DNA of 64,000 nucleotides, from NCBI GenBank assembly GCA_002256025.1, contig NKIB01010367.1, forward strand, positions 1 through 64,000, given 5' to 3'. The notes below the pieces were generated by a model. It ran no database searches and was not told where the DNA came from. It saw nothing but the letters and a program-made list of their open reading frames with translations. Source of the stretch: Asterionella formosa (Eukaryota). Numbering within the stretch: position 1 is the first letter of the stretch; the number at the start of each line of letters is the position of its first letter. The position numbers and the translations under genes were made by a program. Positions 36,881 through 48,299 of the stretch are shown piece after piece.

Positions 36881-38468
36881 AGTGGTGTCGTCAATTTGTG
36901 TAGTCGTGGATGCAGGTATAGGTGCTGACATATGTTAAGTATGTCAGAACCATAGATTTCACTTGGGACTGCTGCTTCTCTTTGACGATTCTACTTATCA
37001 TATGAATTATAAGAATGCTGGCAGTCGAAGAAGCAGATGAACGCAATGACAACAAGAGAATAGCAAGAATGAATGAGCTCCATGATGGCGATCGGCATTC
37101 AGCAAGGCAAACATCGCGCAAAACAAGAGTTGCTAGAGTTAAAGTTAATGAACATACTAGGCCTACACACGGCTACCTCGGGTTTCTTTACAATGCACCC
37201 AGTCATAGTATTGTTTGTATTGGCATGTAAAGTCCCCATACGTGGAACATCCATACCAGGTTTACCTGGTACTAACTGGTACCACCTATTGGCTGTGTTT
37301 TGGTATGTGTATGCAGATGTTCATGTATTTTAGTGTATTCTAGTAGTATAATTATCAATATTCGACCAGATCCAAAAGCCATGCATCACTTCTTGTTATG
37401 AACAAGGGTGAAGACGAGAAGAACAGCAGAGACAAAGGAATTGGACAGTTAACGATCCTGATAAGCTCAACGGGAGTTTAGATGGGTATATGTTAAACAG
37501 AGTGAGTGATATATTTAAGATTTTATAGAATGTATAGACTGCTTGAAGCAGACACAGTACCATGTAGGCAGTCAGCCGATGAGACACAGTTAATACAACA
37601 GTAGTCGTACTAGTCATGAGCAATTCAAAACAGTTCTGGGTGTGGTGATGATGGAGAAGCTATGGTGTACTAACTATACTACAAATATTGGTAAATATAT
37701 TTACGTAGTGCTCGATTCCGGGATTTTTTGTCCGGCCACTCTCGCTGCCGCAAGAAGGGGCGGGGTATGTTTGAGAATCACCTAAAATTTGAAAGTGATA
37801 GATCTTTGAAGTCCTTATAGTCTGTTAGTCTACCTCAAGGAATCACCAGCGGAAAAGTCAAAATTTTTTACAAAAATTAAAAATATTCCATCAAATATTT
37901 GGTTGAGGAAGGAGGAGTGAACGCCAATTATCCACCAAAGCACCCATCTTATTTACTTTTTAAAAAGCAATATGACAGCCTGGTGCCAAATACTCAAGAT
38001 AATTACATTGTCAGCGACACATTCAGCCCTTGTCATGTACAAACTGGAACAAGATGCCCGGGCACTTACATCACCAACCTTTGACCTGAAGACTGATCAA
38101 AAGTACCTATGGCAGTCGTTGTTTTCAATTTCGGGAATGACAAATAGAGTATTGGCAGGGTACACACTAAGAAATGCTTAGCAATACTTGCATACTTTTG
38201 AGCAAGTCGCAAAACAAATGAAACCAGCAAAACAGTTGCAAAAGCCATGAGTTGAAAATCAGGCAACAATGAGATCCTGTGTTAACTCTCAATAAATTAA
38301 TTATGTGTTTTTTGCTCCAAAGCAACAAATTAGCTTTGTCAAAAAACATTCAACAATCAACCATGGCAGAATGAGGCAAACGACAACTTTTTGTTTTTGT
38401 ATTAGTATTGCAAGCTCTGAAAAGTCACGTTGAAGCAGTTAGTATGATTAATTCCAAGAACTGACATA

Positions 38469-38545
38469 TTATCAGAAGTGGACATCAAGCACTTGGTCCG
38501 CAATGCTGAGGAGTTTGCCAAAGAGGACAAGACTAAATTCTGATA
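38469..38545 (+). pseudogene. Short Hsp70/BiP gene fragment (lid helix region)
   Basis: Translates LSEVDIKHLVRNAEEFAKEDKTKF**, resembling the Hsp70 consensus LSxEEIERMVxEAEEFAEEDK. Confidence 0.5.
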
Positions 38546-38599
38546 GAAGTAGGCAGAAAAAGTCTGTGTGTGCTGCCGACCAAATAATGATATTTAAAA

Positions 38600-38705
38600 A
38601 ATGTCAATTAAGTTTTATAGTACATTAAAGCTATCCAATAATCACACTCGGGCCCAAATAAATCGACATAATACCGTAAATCCCGTGTTCCTATCTTCCC
38701 CCATG
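38600..38705 (+). repeat. Dispersed repeat family, partial copy C
   Basis: ttaaagctatccaataatcacactcgggcccaaataaatcgaca matches 30118-30175. Confidence 0.7.
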
Positions 38706-39789
38706 GTCCTATCTCCTCCTTGTAAATCTGGTGCTACACACTCAAATATTTTACATGTGCAGAAATTTTTCTATTATAAGAATATTTTTTGTATTTACCA
38801 GTATGGCTGCAAGCATGATCAGGGAAACCGAATAATCCCTCATAAACACTAGTATATTATTATTTCGCTGAAGTAATGAGATTCTTTTGTAGATACAAAA
38901 CACTGAAGTGCAGTCGTTACACTTTTCGCCAAGTATAAAGGCGAGTTTAAGAAAGACTAACACAGTACTACAGCGCTGATCACAGAATCTAGTGGTACAT
39001 AAGCTACAGGGACCTCCGGGTCCAGATAGTTAATAAATCCTAAAAACGACCGATTCACCATGACGAAAGGCGCTATCCAAGCGGCCAACCAGGCAAAGAA
39101 AGAGAAAATCATACAAGTGTGACATAACCATAAGATGGTAATGAAATCCGACAGAAAGAGAATGCAGAAAGAGGAGGAGATGGAAAAGCAAACAAAGATT
39201 TAATGCAGGAGCGGTGAAAACCAGCAATTGCATGGATGTTGATTTGGCATTTTCCGCAAATACTACACACAGTTGGGAAATTCACAGCAATGAAATTAAC
39301 GCAACGCATTCAGAAGAAGAACCAGGCAAAGACATTAACAAGAGAAAAGAAATGAAGAAGCTTAATAACTCTTTCACTACACTGAGCGCTATTATATTGC
39401 AAGAAGAAGAAGAATACAAGAATTGCGATATGCCAAACATTAACAAGAGTAAAGAAGAAGACAGAGAAATGAAGAAGTCACTGATGAAGAAATTGCGCCC
39501 GAGCTGGATGGGCTGCTCAAAGCAATAATTTTTGTGATAATGAAGACAACGACAAAAAACAATGTGTTGGCAGCCCTGGAATCACCAATTGTTATGGAGA
39601 CTTTCAAATTGAATTACCAGAATTGGGGCCAAATGGGAAATCTTTAACCCAATCCACACTCACCATCCTATTCTCCGGCTGACACAAAAAGTGCAGTTGT
39701 AGAGAACTGAACCAAGAACAAAGCTGCCACAATTTTGTTTTAAACTACTTCCACACGAGGAAGTGACTACCAACCAACCCTTTCCACCG

Positions 39790-40250
39790 CCCCACCTTAT
39801 ATGGGCCACAGAGCGCAATGACAGCAACTCTAGAGATAGAATAGTAAGAATGCGCTATAAAAATGATTAATATATGAAGTGGAGTCGTTATGTTCGACTG
39901 GAGCATCTTGTATCATGTCGTCAACGCCTTCACCATGACAAAATAGCGAATATCTACACGAAAATTGAGAACATCGCTTTCCAATTTTGTCCATATATCA
40001 AGCATAACATAGAAAATACATTTGTAAAAGAATTATTCTAATAACACAAATATTAACAACGAAAATTAGAGGCGCAAATTGCACATTTTTTCATGAAGTT
40101 TATGGATGCGCAATTCAAAATGACGATGCTATGAACTGATTTAACACTTTCACAGTAACTGCTCACTTAAACGACGACTAAAACAATAACATGATTCAAT
40201 GTAGGAAATATGTGAATCAAGTTATTTTTAACTGAGAATTGGTTGTTTGA
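39790..40250 (-). repeat. Dispersed repeat family, copy D
   Basis: Direct diverged match to 36480-36880 and inverted match to copy A. Confidence 0.8.
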
Positions 40251-41702
40251 ATCGACGCCACAAAAGGATGTATTGTTATCTTGACAATGCACCCGTATGA
40301 GTGAAGGGCATTTAAGAAAATCAAGTTACACTGATGAGGAGGGACGATTAGGAGTCTTGCATCAGATAGGAAAAATTGGTGAATGGTGCCTTGCCAGTCC
40401 CTGTCATTCAGTCTACAATAGTCCAGTACCCTTTTAGTTTTCCAGATACCATACTGGTAGTACAGTCATTATTCACTTCAGCATGGCCCTGCCAGAATTG
40501 ACTCACTCAAACAGCAGGAAGGCAGACTACCAAATCGTAAACAATACCGGTGTATGGTTGGTAGTGCTGATGACGATGGCTGAGGAGGTCTTGTAATAAA
40601 CAAGTTTATCTTTGTTTTCCAGATAATGTGAACCGTCTTTTATTGGCATATCCATGGCTTTTGTTGGGGTCATCCCTCATGCAACATAAAGAAGCCACTA
40701 GCCCTGTTTGTTCAATTATGGCAGCATTTGAAACCCTCGGCAAACATTAAAATATTGCTTAGGCTTGCCAAAATTCCCTGGAATTAAGAATTTTATTAGC
40801 TATTTTTGAATGACGTGATTCCATTTGAAATAATTAAATCGGTGGAAATTTGCGCGTATGATGTACATAGATTCCTTTTTGAATTCGCTAAATACATATT
40901 TAAGCCTTCTACATCGCTCAATGTATAAATACCCTATAATATGATCAACATATATGTGTCATACAAGCTGGCAGCATGGCATTTATCTTATCTTACTGGT
41001 ACTGGTACACATATGGTACCAGGTAGCGAAGGATACAGTGGTAGCCTACTGGCAAACAACTCAAAAACTAATACATGTGCATCCAGTGTGGCCAGTGTTG
41101 GTTTGCAATGCCCCGCAGATCAGGCCAATAAAATGGAGGTAAATAATTCACATTGACCAAGCATATTACATATGTAGAAGCAGGCACTTAGAATGGAATT
41201 TGTTGGACGGGAGATTTAAGGGCTAAAAATTCCAGAGCAGCCATGACTGTATTCCAATGATGACATTTTGGCTCATAGTCATTCTGATTCTGATATTTTC
41301 GCAACTGTAGAAAACGCCGATTTTGTCGAATTTTGGGATGATGATAGCTCAACGTTGTCTGAAGGCAATTTAGATACATAGGTAACTTTCAAATAGCATA
41401 TGTAAATATCTTCCAGCAAGAAACTGCACAAAGGAACTTCGGGTTTTTACGACACCAATAAACAGATTTCCCCCGAATATTCGAGCCTTTTTAGCAGAGT
41501 AAAGAAATCGAAGTTCCATCCTACATATAGTGGACCTACACTCCTACTTTGACAGAAGACTGTATGTAAGCATGTGGAAAGGGTTTCGATTGGTTTTTTT
41601 ATACGCGAAAACTACGTGTTTGATTTGTCTGAATCAACATTATTTTTAACCCAACCTCGAGCTACGATAGGGATTCAAATGCAGCAACCTTTAGAATAAT
41701 GT

Positions 41703-41713
41703 GCGCGCCAAAA
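41703..41713. promoter_or_regulatory. E2F-type site GCGCGCCAAAA upstream of FANCM
   Basis: TTTTGGCGCGC on the minus strand, ~415 bp before the ATG. A weaker ACGCGAAA lies at 41603-41610. Confidence 0.45.
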
Positions 41714-42127
41714 TATTTTAGCCGCCAGTACCGGCCGGATTTAGAATTGGTCGTGTTTGCTGGCTTGCGTGGTGTTTTCCTCCCATGATGATGATGCCGT
41801 GAGTACATACATATGTCGTACGGTAGCAACTGTATGTATCAGTCCCAACATGACTTACATCTTCTCTACCGGTACCTGGTACTCGTCAATGTGCAACAGG
41901 GTACTACCAGGTAGTATACCGTTGAGGTGATGTCGTGCAGATAAGATATGCCGACACTCTTAGTTACAATTGTTGGAGGCAAATCTCATCTGCCTTCTTG
42001 TCGCATGCTGCTGTGGATGGACTAAATTCGTCTGATTCCTCACTTGATTCGAATACATACTGAAAGCTAATCCATTTACATATTTGATGCCAAATAAAGA
42101 CAAGAAGTTTGATGGAGGCGAAGAAGA

Positions 42128-45100
42128 ATGAGCTCATCAGTGTCCTGGAATTGCGAAAAATGCACCTACTTCCACAAGTGCCACGGAACACGATGCGCCA
42201 TGTGCGGGGCCCTGAGAGTCACAAAGCAACAAATGCGAGATTTTATTACAGGAAAGACGCTGAAACGGAATGAAAAGGATAACGCAACCGTTTCGGTACA
42301 GCCTAACATAAATTTGTCTCAAATATCCGTGGGATCCTCAAATACACTGAAGTCGACAAAAGTCAGCAATCCTCACAAAAGCGAAAATTTAGTCAGTAGC
42401 GTCACGAATCCTTACGTAAGACCCTTCAGTATTCACAATTCTCAATCGTCTGCGCTTCAGCAGCACCCAGATACTTCCAGCGTCCAACATTGTGACAAAA
42501 ATCAGATGGGGTCGGCCACTGGATCTCCAAGCCGTCCCAGCACCAGCAGTGAAGGCAATTCATTTAACAATGATTGGAAGCCACCCAATCCACATCTACA
42601 AGGTATTCTTCATGATAGGCATCATCCTGTTGCGTCGTTACGACCACAAACGACGCAACAACCACATGGTCCGGCACAAAATCAAAATGCACCTTTTGTT
42701 GAAGCAGCCGCAAAGGCGCGTTTGCCATTTCAAGTCGGACCTGTCCTAATGGATCCCACTGTCGCTTCGGAATGGATCTATCCCATTCATGGGGAATTTC
42801 CAGTTCGAGACTACCAATTGGAAATATCCCAAACTGCCATTTTACACAACACTCTAGTTAGCCTTCCAACCGGTTTGGGAAAAACACTAATAGCAGCTGT
42901 CATCCTATATAATTACTACCGATGGTTTCCTTCAGGAAAGGTTATATTCTTGGCTCCAACACTACCTCTGGTTCATCAACAGATTCAAGCCTGTTACAAA
43001 ATCATGGGTATTCCAGCTTCGGATACGGCGGTTCTTACTGGACGGGTCAGCGCCGAACATCGATCCTTGCTATGGAAAGAACGACGGGTCTTTTTTTGCA
43101 CTCCTCAAACAGTAGAAAAAGACATGACTGCGTATCGATGTGATGCGTCACTTGTAGTTTGCATCGTCTTTGACGAAGCCCATAAAGCATCTGGCAACTA
43201 TGCCTATACCAAAGTCGTTGAGCTCATCGAAGCAGCCGGTGCAAAATTTCGCATCTTAGGATTGAGTGCTACTCCTGGAGGGGAGATCAAATCGATTCAA
43301 AAAGTTGTGGATGCTTTAAGAATTAGCAAAATTGAAGCAAGAATGGAGGACGATGTTTCGGTAAAGAAATATATTCATGAACGTCACAGTGAAATAATTG
43401 TTGTACAACAAGGTTCGGCAATAACAACTGTTGAACGTTTGCTGACCAACGTTATTGCGCCAGTATTGGAAGAGTTACGAAACAGAAACGGTCTCACAAT
43501 GATTCGAGGTAATGCTACGCTGACTCAGTATTGTTTGATCAAAGCCAAACAAGAATATAATCAACGAACGGGGAATCATGATTTGAATTACCTTTTTCTT
43601 GCCGCACAATCGTTGGTAGGGATTCGAACCGCCGTTCGCCGTGTCGGCATTGGTTTCGCCCGTCAAAAGCTTCTTAATATTCGCGACGACTGCCGAAAGG
43701 GTAAGATGAGAAATCTTGCCAACACCCCGGAGTTTCAAGCGGTGATGGCGCATGTCCTGAGATCATCCTCAAATCCAGACGATTCCCAAGAAAAAGCCGA
43801 AGACAGGAAACTAAACAATCCCAAACTGATGAAGCTAGATGAGATATTGAAAGAGCATTTTGAGCGAGCAAAAGCTTGCGGCGAGTCATCAAGAGCTATT
43901 GTATTTTCTCAGTGGCGCGACAGTGTTAGCGAGATTGTTGCTGTCTTGTCTGCTGGACAACCCCTGCTGCGACCTAGGCATTTTGTAGGACAGAGCAAAT
44001 CCGTCGGAAAGACCGATGATAAGAAATCTCTCAATGGAATGAAGCAAAAAGAGCAACAGCAAGTTATGATGGATTTTCAGAATGGATTATTCAACATTTT
44101 GGTGTGCACTAGCATTGGAGAAGAGGGTTTGGATATTGGTGAAGTTGATTTGATTGTCAACTTTGATACCCTTCGGTCTCCAATTAGAATGATTCAAAGA
44201 GTAGGTCGAACTGGGCGAAAGCGAGATGGTCGAGTCGTGTGCTTGATTTCAGAAGGTGCTGAGCAAAAGACTATGATTGCCTCAAAGCAGGCAGAAAAGA
44301 CCCTCGGCAGAGCGTTGCGGAGGTCAGATGCATTCACCTTCATTCCAAGCAAGCCCATGTTCCCGCGAGATCCTGAATTGATGAAAGTTGACATGTCTGT
44401 CACAATAAAGCTTCAAATGTCGCAAGTTGGTGGTCACCAAGCCAATGGATCAGGCCGAGAAAAAATTGAAATTATGAACAAACTAGTGAATGAAGTTGAC
44501 AAGGAATGGAGATTGACTGAAGAAGAAGAAAACAAACGTGCATCCATTCTCGGACCAATATCGTCGATAGTATGCGAGTCTACGCATTTATCGTTCCCAG
44601 TGTCGCTTCGTCGACAGCTCCTCAGAGGAAGGGATCGGTCAATCGTTCGATATTTTCCCAGTCAAACACTTGCAAAGGAAAGAGCAATTGGAAAAAGCGT
44701 CACAACCAACATTTTGTTTGCGATCGAACATGTTTATGGCAAATCTATAAAGAAGACCATGATGATGCAGGCCAGCCGGTTACGGTATTCTCGGCTTGGT
44801 TCCAGCAACGCAAGGGGTATGAATAATATGTTTCCTATTCAAAAGAACAAAGAGAAGATGGATTCAATCCAACAAGCGTGGACTCAAGCACTTGAAAAAC
44901 CTCACAACTTTATCGTCAAGGACGAAGTTCGAAGCGAGCTATGTTCCTCCGACGACATTGATAGCAAAATAAGACTGCCAACGCCCGAACCGTCGTCGGA
45001 TAGCGAAAGCGAGAATACCGAGGAAGGAATGAACAATCCTCGGCATGTTGCACTACATAGCATGATGGAACATGACAAGGTTTCGATGCTGCATTCACCC

Positions 45101-47617
45101 TCTCAACCACTGACAGTCAAACTGTCTCAATCTCGACATCCTGAACAACTTTTGGAAACTGAAGCCGTCATTATTTCGAAGCCATTGAGATTACCCACGC
45201 CAGATCCATCGTCGGAAAGTGATATTGACAGTGATGATAATGCTGACGACATGCATGGGCGCAAAAGTGATGTATCACCATTTTTCGGAGGCGTATTGAT
45301 TGATACTAACCTTTGTCCACTCAAACAAAAAAATCAGCTGTGTCCCTCTCCTTTGATTAAGTCTAAACATCCTCCTATTTCACTTGATTATGGTGTGACC
45401 AATTCGAACGAGAACAAGCCGAGTTCGGCTTTTCGTTTACCAACACAGGACTCTTCATCGGACGAAGCAAGTTTCGCTATAAACGACGACGATGACGACG
45501 AATCGTCCTCCAGTAATAAGGCGTCTTTCAATTCTCCCCAAGTTGACATTGCTATCGGATCCGAGGGGCGATGGCCAGACAACCTACGAGCCCACAAACC
45601 GGGAATTGAAGGGTCTGTTGACTTTTCGAAGTGCCTTGATGTCTGGAGTGATATTGAACCAGCCAATGCTGTGGATCTAGATACAAAACAACTTTGTTTT
45701 CCAGAAATAGATAAAGTCAAAAGCACTCTTATTGGGAAAGCGCGTGTTGAGAAAGGTATAGAGATCGCAGAATATGTAATAGCAACTACCGGTAATCCTG
45801 TTGGAAGGCCAACTGTGCTCGTAACCCTTGACACTGCATTAGTCAATACTCCTTTTGACAACAATTTCCCAGGTAACGAGAACCAAGAATCAATGATCCG
45901 ATCATCCAGATCGCTCGAGAGCAATGCCTTAACGACTCAAACCACCCCGCGCGCGAACACACGATTAAACTCATCACATGGTTCCAGCTCCGATCTTGCT
46001 GATACGCCACTGCCAGTGCAATCAAGTGGGGGGCCCGCATTGCCCCAGAGTCGAAGTCTTTGTGATCTTGTCGATACGCCTGAATCGAAAGTTGATGTTG
46101 ATATCGATGTGGTCTGCTCCGTCTGCTATAGCGGCGAGGTTGCGAATTCCGACCCCATAGTACTCTGCGACGGTCCCGGGAACGGAGAAAGCTGCGAAAC
46201 GGCAGTTCATGTGTCTTGCTACTCCATCAAAGATTCGTTGGATGTGGACCAATGGCGCTGCGACAAATGCGATGAAAAGCATAAAGCAAAGCATAACATG
46301 AGAGTCAAATCAATTGATGCGTTTTGTAGTCTCTGTCAGAAAACTGATGGTGTCCTGAAGCTTATCTCCACTTCCAAAGCAGAAGAAAAGTGGTTTCACC
46401 CGTATTGCCAAACTTGGTGCAAGTCAATTTCATCTAATTCCCTTTGTAGCATTTGCAGCTGGCCGGGTGCAATTTGCTGTCACTCCGAGTCGTGCACACT
46501 TTCTGTCCACCCTCACTGCGGGTTGTTCGCCAAGTCCAAGCCTTGGCGAGTCCTTGTATGCCAAGATGAACAGTTAAATTTCGCTTTTTGCCATGGTCAC
46601 TTGACAGACATGAACGAAACCCTTCACCAAATGGGCCTTGAAGCGGTCAATGACAGTGTGAAATGCCTCATTTTGCCGTCTTCCCGCCATCCTAAGAAAT
46701 CACGACTATCGGATAGGAAGCGTGGCTCGAAGATCGACAAGCCTTCTAAAAGGAGACTAAGAAAAAAAACAAGGTTCAGTCATGATGGTCAGCAGAGGAA
46801 TGAAAAGTATGAAACTCCTGATATTGCTACTCTCGAATCTACGTCTGCAAGAAAGTCCCGTATAATGCAACGTCTTCGACAGCGTCACCGTGACATGCTT
46901 CGATCGCGTTACATCGATACCGAAGCCGCAATTGATTCTGACGAAGACCCCGACGGAGATGAGGACGACGACGAAATTCGAAATATCGAAGAGGAGGAGT
47001 TCAACAGTAGTTTTATCAACGATTCTTCTCAACTTGGGTATACCCAAGATGAATTGGATCGCATAGATCTGGACGAAGAAGATGACGATACTAACATTCA
47101 CCGGAAGCTTGATGCTGAAGATGCTCGTATGAAGCAATTTGCAACTCCCATCTTGAATAGGCGAATGATCAAGCCCCAAAGTTCGGTAGAAAGCCAGAAC
47201 CCCTGGGGTGAAACACCAACTTCAGATTCACAGTGTGGTCTCGGAAACATGCACTTTATTCGATCTGTTTTGGAACACCACAGGAATGGAGGTGACGCTG
47301 ACGATATTGAGGCGCTATATCATGAGATTGGTCGCAATGTCGCTGATGAGGAGGAAGTAGCTGATGAAAGCAAGGAAAACTTTCACAAACCGTGCATAGA
47401 GATCTATGTACCGTCTGACGAGGACGACACAGTGGACCATCAAATCCTTTCAAGTCAGCCTAGAAGCTCTTTGCACGATATCCAGCTGCCTCAAGCTCCT
47501 CAATTTTTCGATGATGTTGTTAGCTTAACTTCTGAACAAAAATTCTTGATTGAAAAAAAACGCCAGGAAGCTATCAAGAGACGCCTTGAAAAAAGTCAGA
47601 GAAAAGTGGAGTTTTGA
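42128..47617 (+). CDS. FANCM: FANCM / Mph1 DEAH DNA helicase-translocase with N-terminal RanBP2-type finger and PHD-type fingers, 1829 aa
   Basis: WIYP...VRDYQ, LPTGLGKT, DEAHKASGNYAY, LSATPG, SIGEEGLDIGEVDLI, QRVGRTGR. MM3-like acidic motif YIDTEAA...FINDSSQ. Single intact ORF. Confidence 0.95.
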   Translation: MSSSVSWNCEKCTYFHKCHGTRCAMCGALRVTKQQMRDFITGKTLKRNEKDNATVSVQPNINLSQISVGSSNTLKSTKVSNPHKSENLVSSVTNPYVRPFSIHNSQSSALQQHPDTSSVQHCDKNQMGSATGSPSRPSTSSEGNSFNNDWKPPNPHLQGILHDRHHPVASLRPQTTQQPHGPAQNQNAPFVEAAAKARLPFQVGPVLMDPTVASEWIYPIHGEFPVRDYQLEISQTAILHNTLVSLPTGLGKTLIAAVILYNYYRWFPSGKVIFLAPTLPLVHQQIQACYKIMGIPASDTAVLTGRVSAEHRSLLWKERRVFFCTPQTVEKDMTAYRCDASLVVCIVFDEAHKASGNYAYTKVVELIEAAGAKFRILGLSATPGGEIKSIQKVVDALRISKIEARMEDDVSVKKYIHERHSEIIVVQQGSAITTVERLLTNVIAPVLEELRNRNGLTMIRGNATLTQYCLIKAKQEYNQRTGNHDLNYLFLAAQSLVGIRTAVRRVGIGFARQKLLNIRDDCRKGKMRNLANTPEFQAVMAHVLRSSSNPDDSQEKAEDRKLNNPKLMKLDEILKEHFERAKACGESSRAIVFSQWRDSVSEIVAVLSAGQPLLRPRHFVGQSKSVGKTDDKKSLNGMKQKEQQQVMMDFQNGLFNILVCTSIGEEGLDIGEVDLIVNFDTLRSPIRMIQRVGRTGRKRDGRVVCLISEGAEQKTMIASKQAEKTLGRALRRSDAFTFIPSKPMFPRDPELMKVDMSVTIKLQMSQVGGHQANGSGREKIEIMNKLVNEVDKEWRLTEEEENKRASILGPISSIVCESTHLSFPVSLRRQLLRGRDRSIVRYFPSQTLAKERAIGKSVTTNILFAIEHVYGKSIKKTMMMQASRLRYSRLGSSNARGMNNMFPIQKNKEKMDSIQQAWTQALEKPHNFIVKDEVRSELCSSDDIDSKIRLPTPEPSSDSESENTEEGMNNPRHVALHSMMEHDKVSMLHSPSQPLTVKLSQSRHPEQLLETEAVIISKPLRLPTPDPSSESDIDSDDNADDMHGRKSDVSPFFGGVLIDTNLCPLKQKNQLCPSPLIKSKHPPISLDYGVTNSNENKPSSAFRLPTQDSSSDEASFAINDDDDDESSSSNKASFNSPQVDIAIGSEGRWPDNLRAHKPGIEGSVDFSKCLDVWSDIEPANAVDLDTKQLCFPEIDKVKSTLIGKARVEKGIEIAEYVIATTGNPVGRPTVLVTLDTALVNTPFDNNFPGNENQESMIRSSRSLESNALTTQTTPRANTRLNSSHGSSSDLADTPLPVQSSGGPALPQSRSLCDLVDTPESKVDVDIDVVCSVCYSGEVANSDPIVLCDGPGNGESCETAVHVSCYSIKDSLDVDQWRCDKCDEKHKAKHNMRVKSIDAFCSLCQKTDGVLKLISTSKAEEKWFHPYCQTWCKSISSNSLCSICSWPGAICCHSESCTLSVHPHCGLFAKSKPWRVLVCQDEQLNFAFCHGHLTDMNETLHQMGLEAVNDSVKCLILPSSRHPKKSRLSDRKRGSKIDKPSKRRLRKKTRFSHDGQQRNEKYETPDIATLESTSARKSRIMQRLRQRHRDMLRSRYIDTEAAIDSDEDPDGDEDDDEIRNIEEEEFNSSFINDSSQLGYTQDELDRIDLDEEDDDTNIHRKLDAEDARMKQFATPILNRRMIKPQSSVESQNPWGETPTSDSQCGLGNMHFIRSVLEHHRNGGDADDIEALYHEIGRNVADEEEVADESKENFHKPCIEIYVPSDEDDTVDHQILSSQPRSSLHDIQLPQAPQFFDDVVSLTSEQKFLIEKKRQEAIKRRLEKSQRKVEF

Positions 47618-48299
47618 ATATTTGAAATAATTAACAACCATGACTAGGATACAAACATGCTACATAGCCATTGAATGTTAGATTTCCTCAAAACTGCTGT
47701 ATGGCCCAGAATATATTCAAGTCCCTCAGTCTCCTGTTGCAGGCACTTGTACTACCTTTGTTTGCATATCACAAAGGACTAAAATTTCAATTAGTAACAA
47801 TTTTAAAATTTCAACTTGAAATATTTTTGTCTTTAGGTCTGTCACTTTGCAAGTGAGAGTGAGAGGTAAGTAAAATTAGATTTTTGTCATATGCCAAAGC
47901 TCACAATGTCTGCGACTTCAAGCAAATTTCATTTTTTCTACTAAACCATCAACTATTATACTTGTCCTTCCAAAGTGATCTGATTTTGAGCTCAAAGCCA
48001 ATGTGAACAGCTTGCCATGTATGAAAGATAATCACTGCTTAGCTGACCAGGAAAATTTCTAAAATCAATGGGTTGATAAGCATGGATTTCCCTTTTTTTA
48101 TGTCATAATTAGGTTCCATCAAAATTACCATAACTTGCAGTATTGCCTAGTATGGCAGTGCATGTACATGATATCAATACACCATATAGCTTCATTAGAA
48201 ATAGTATTGTTGCTTGACTAGTTCTAATCAGCTAAGCCTTCAATTCCAATGCACCTTCAAATACTGGCAATCTGTTGGAACTGTGACTTTGGCCCATGC

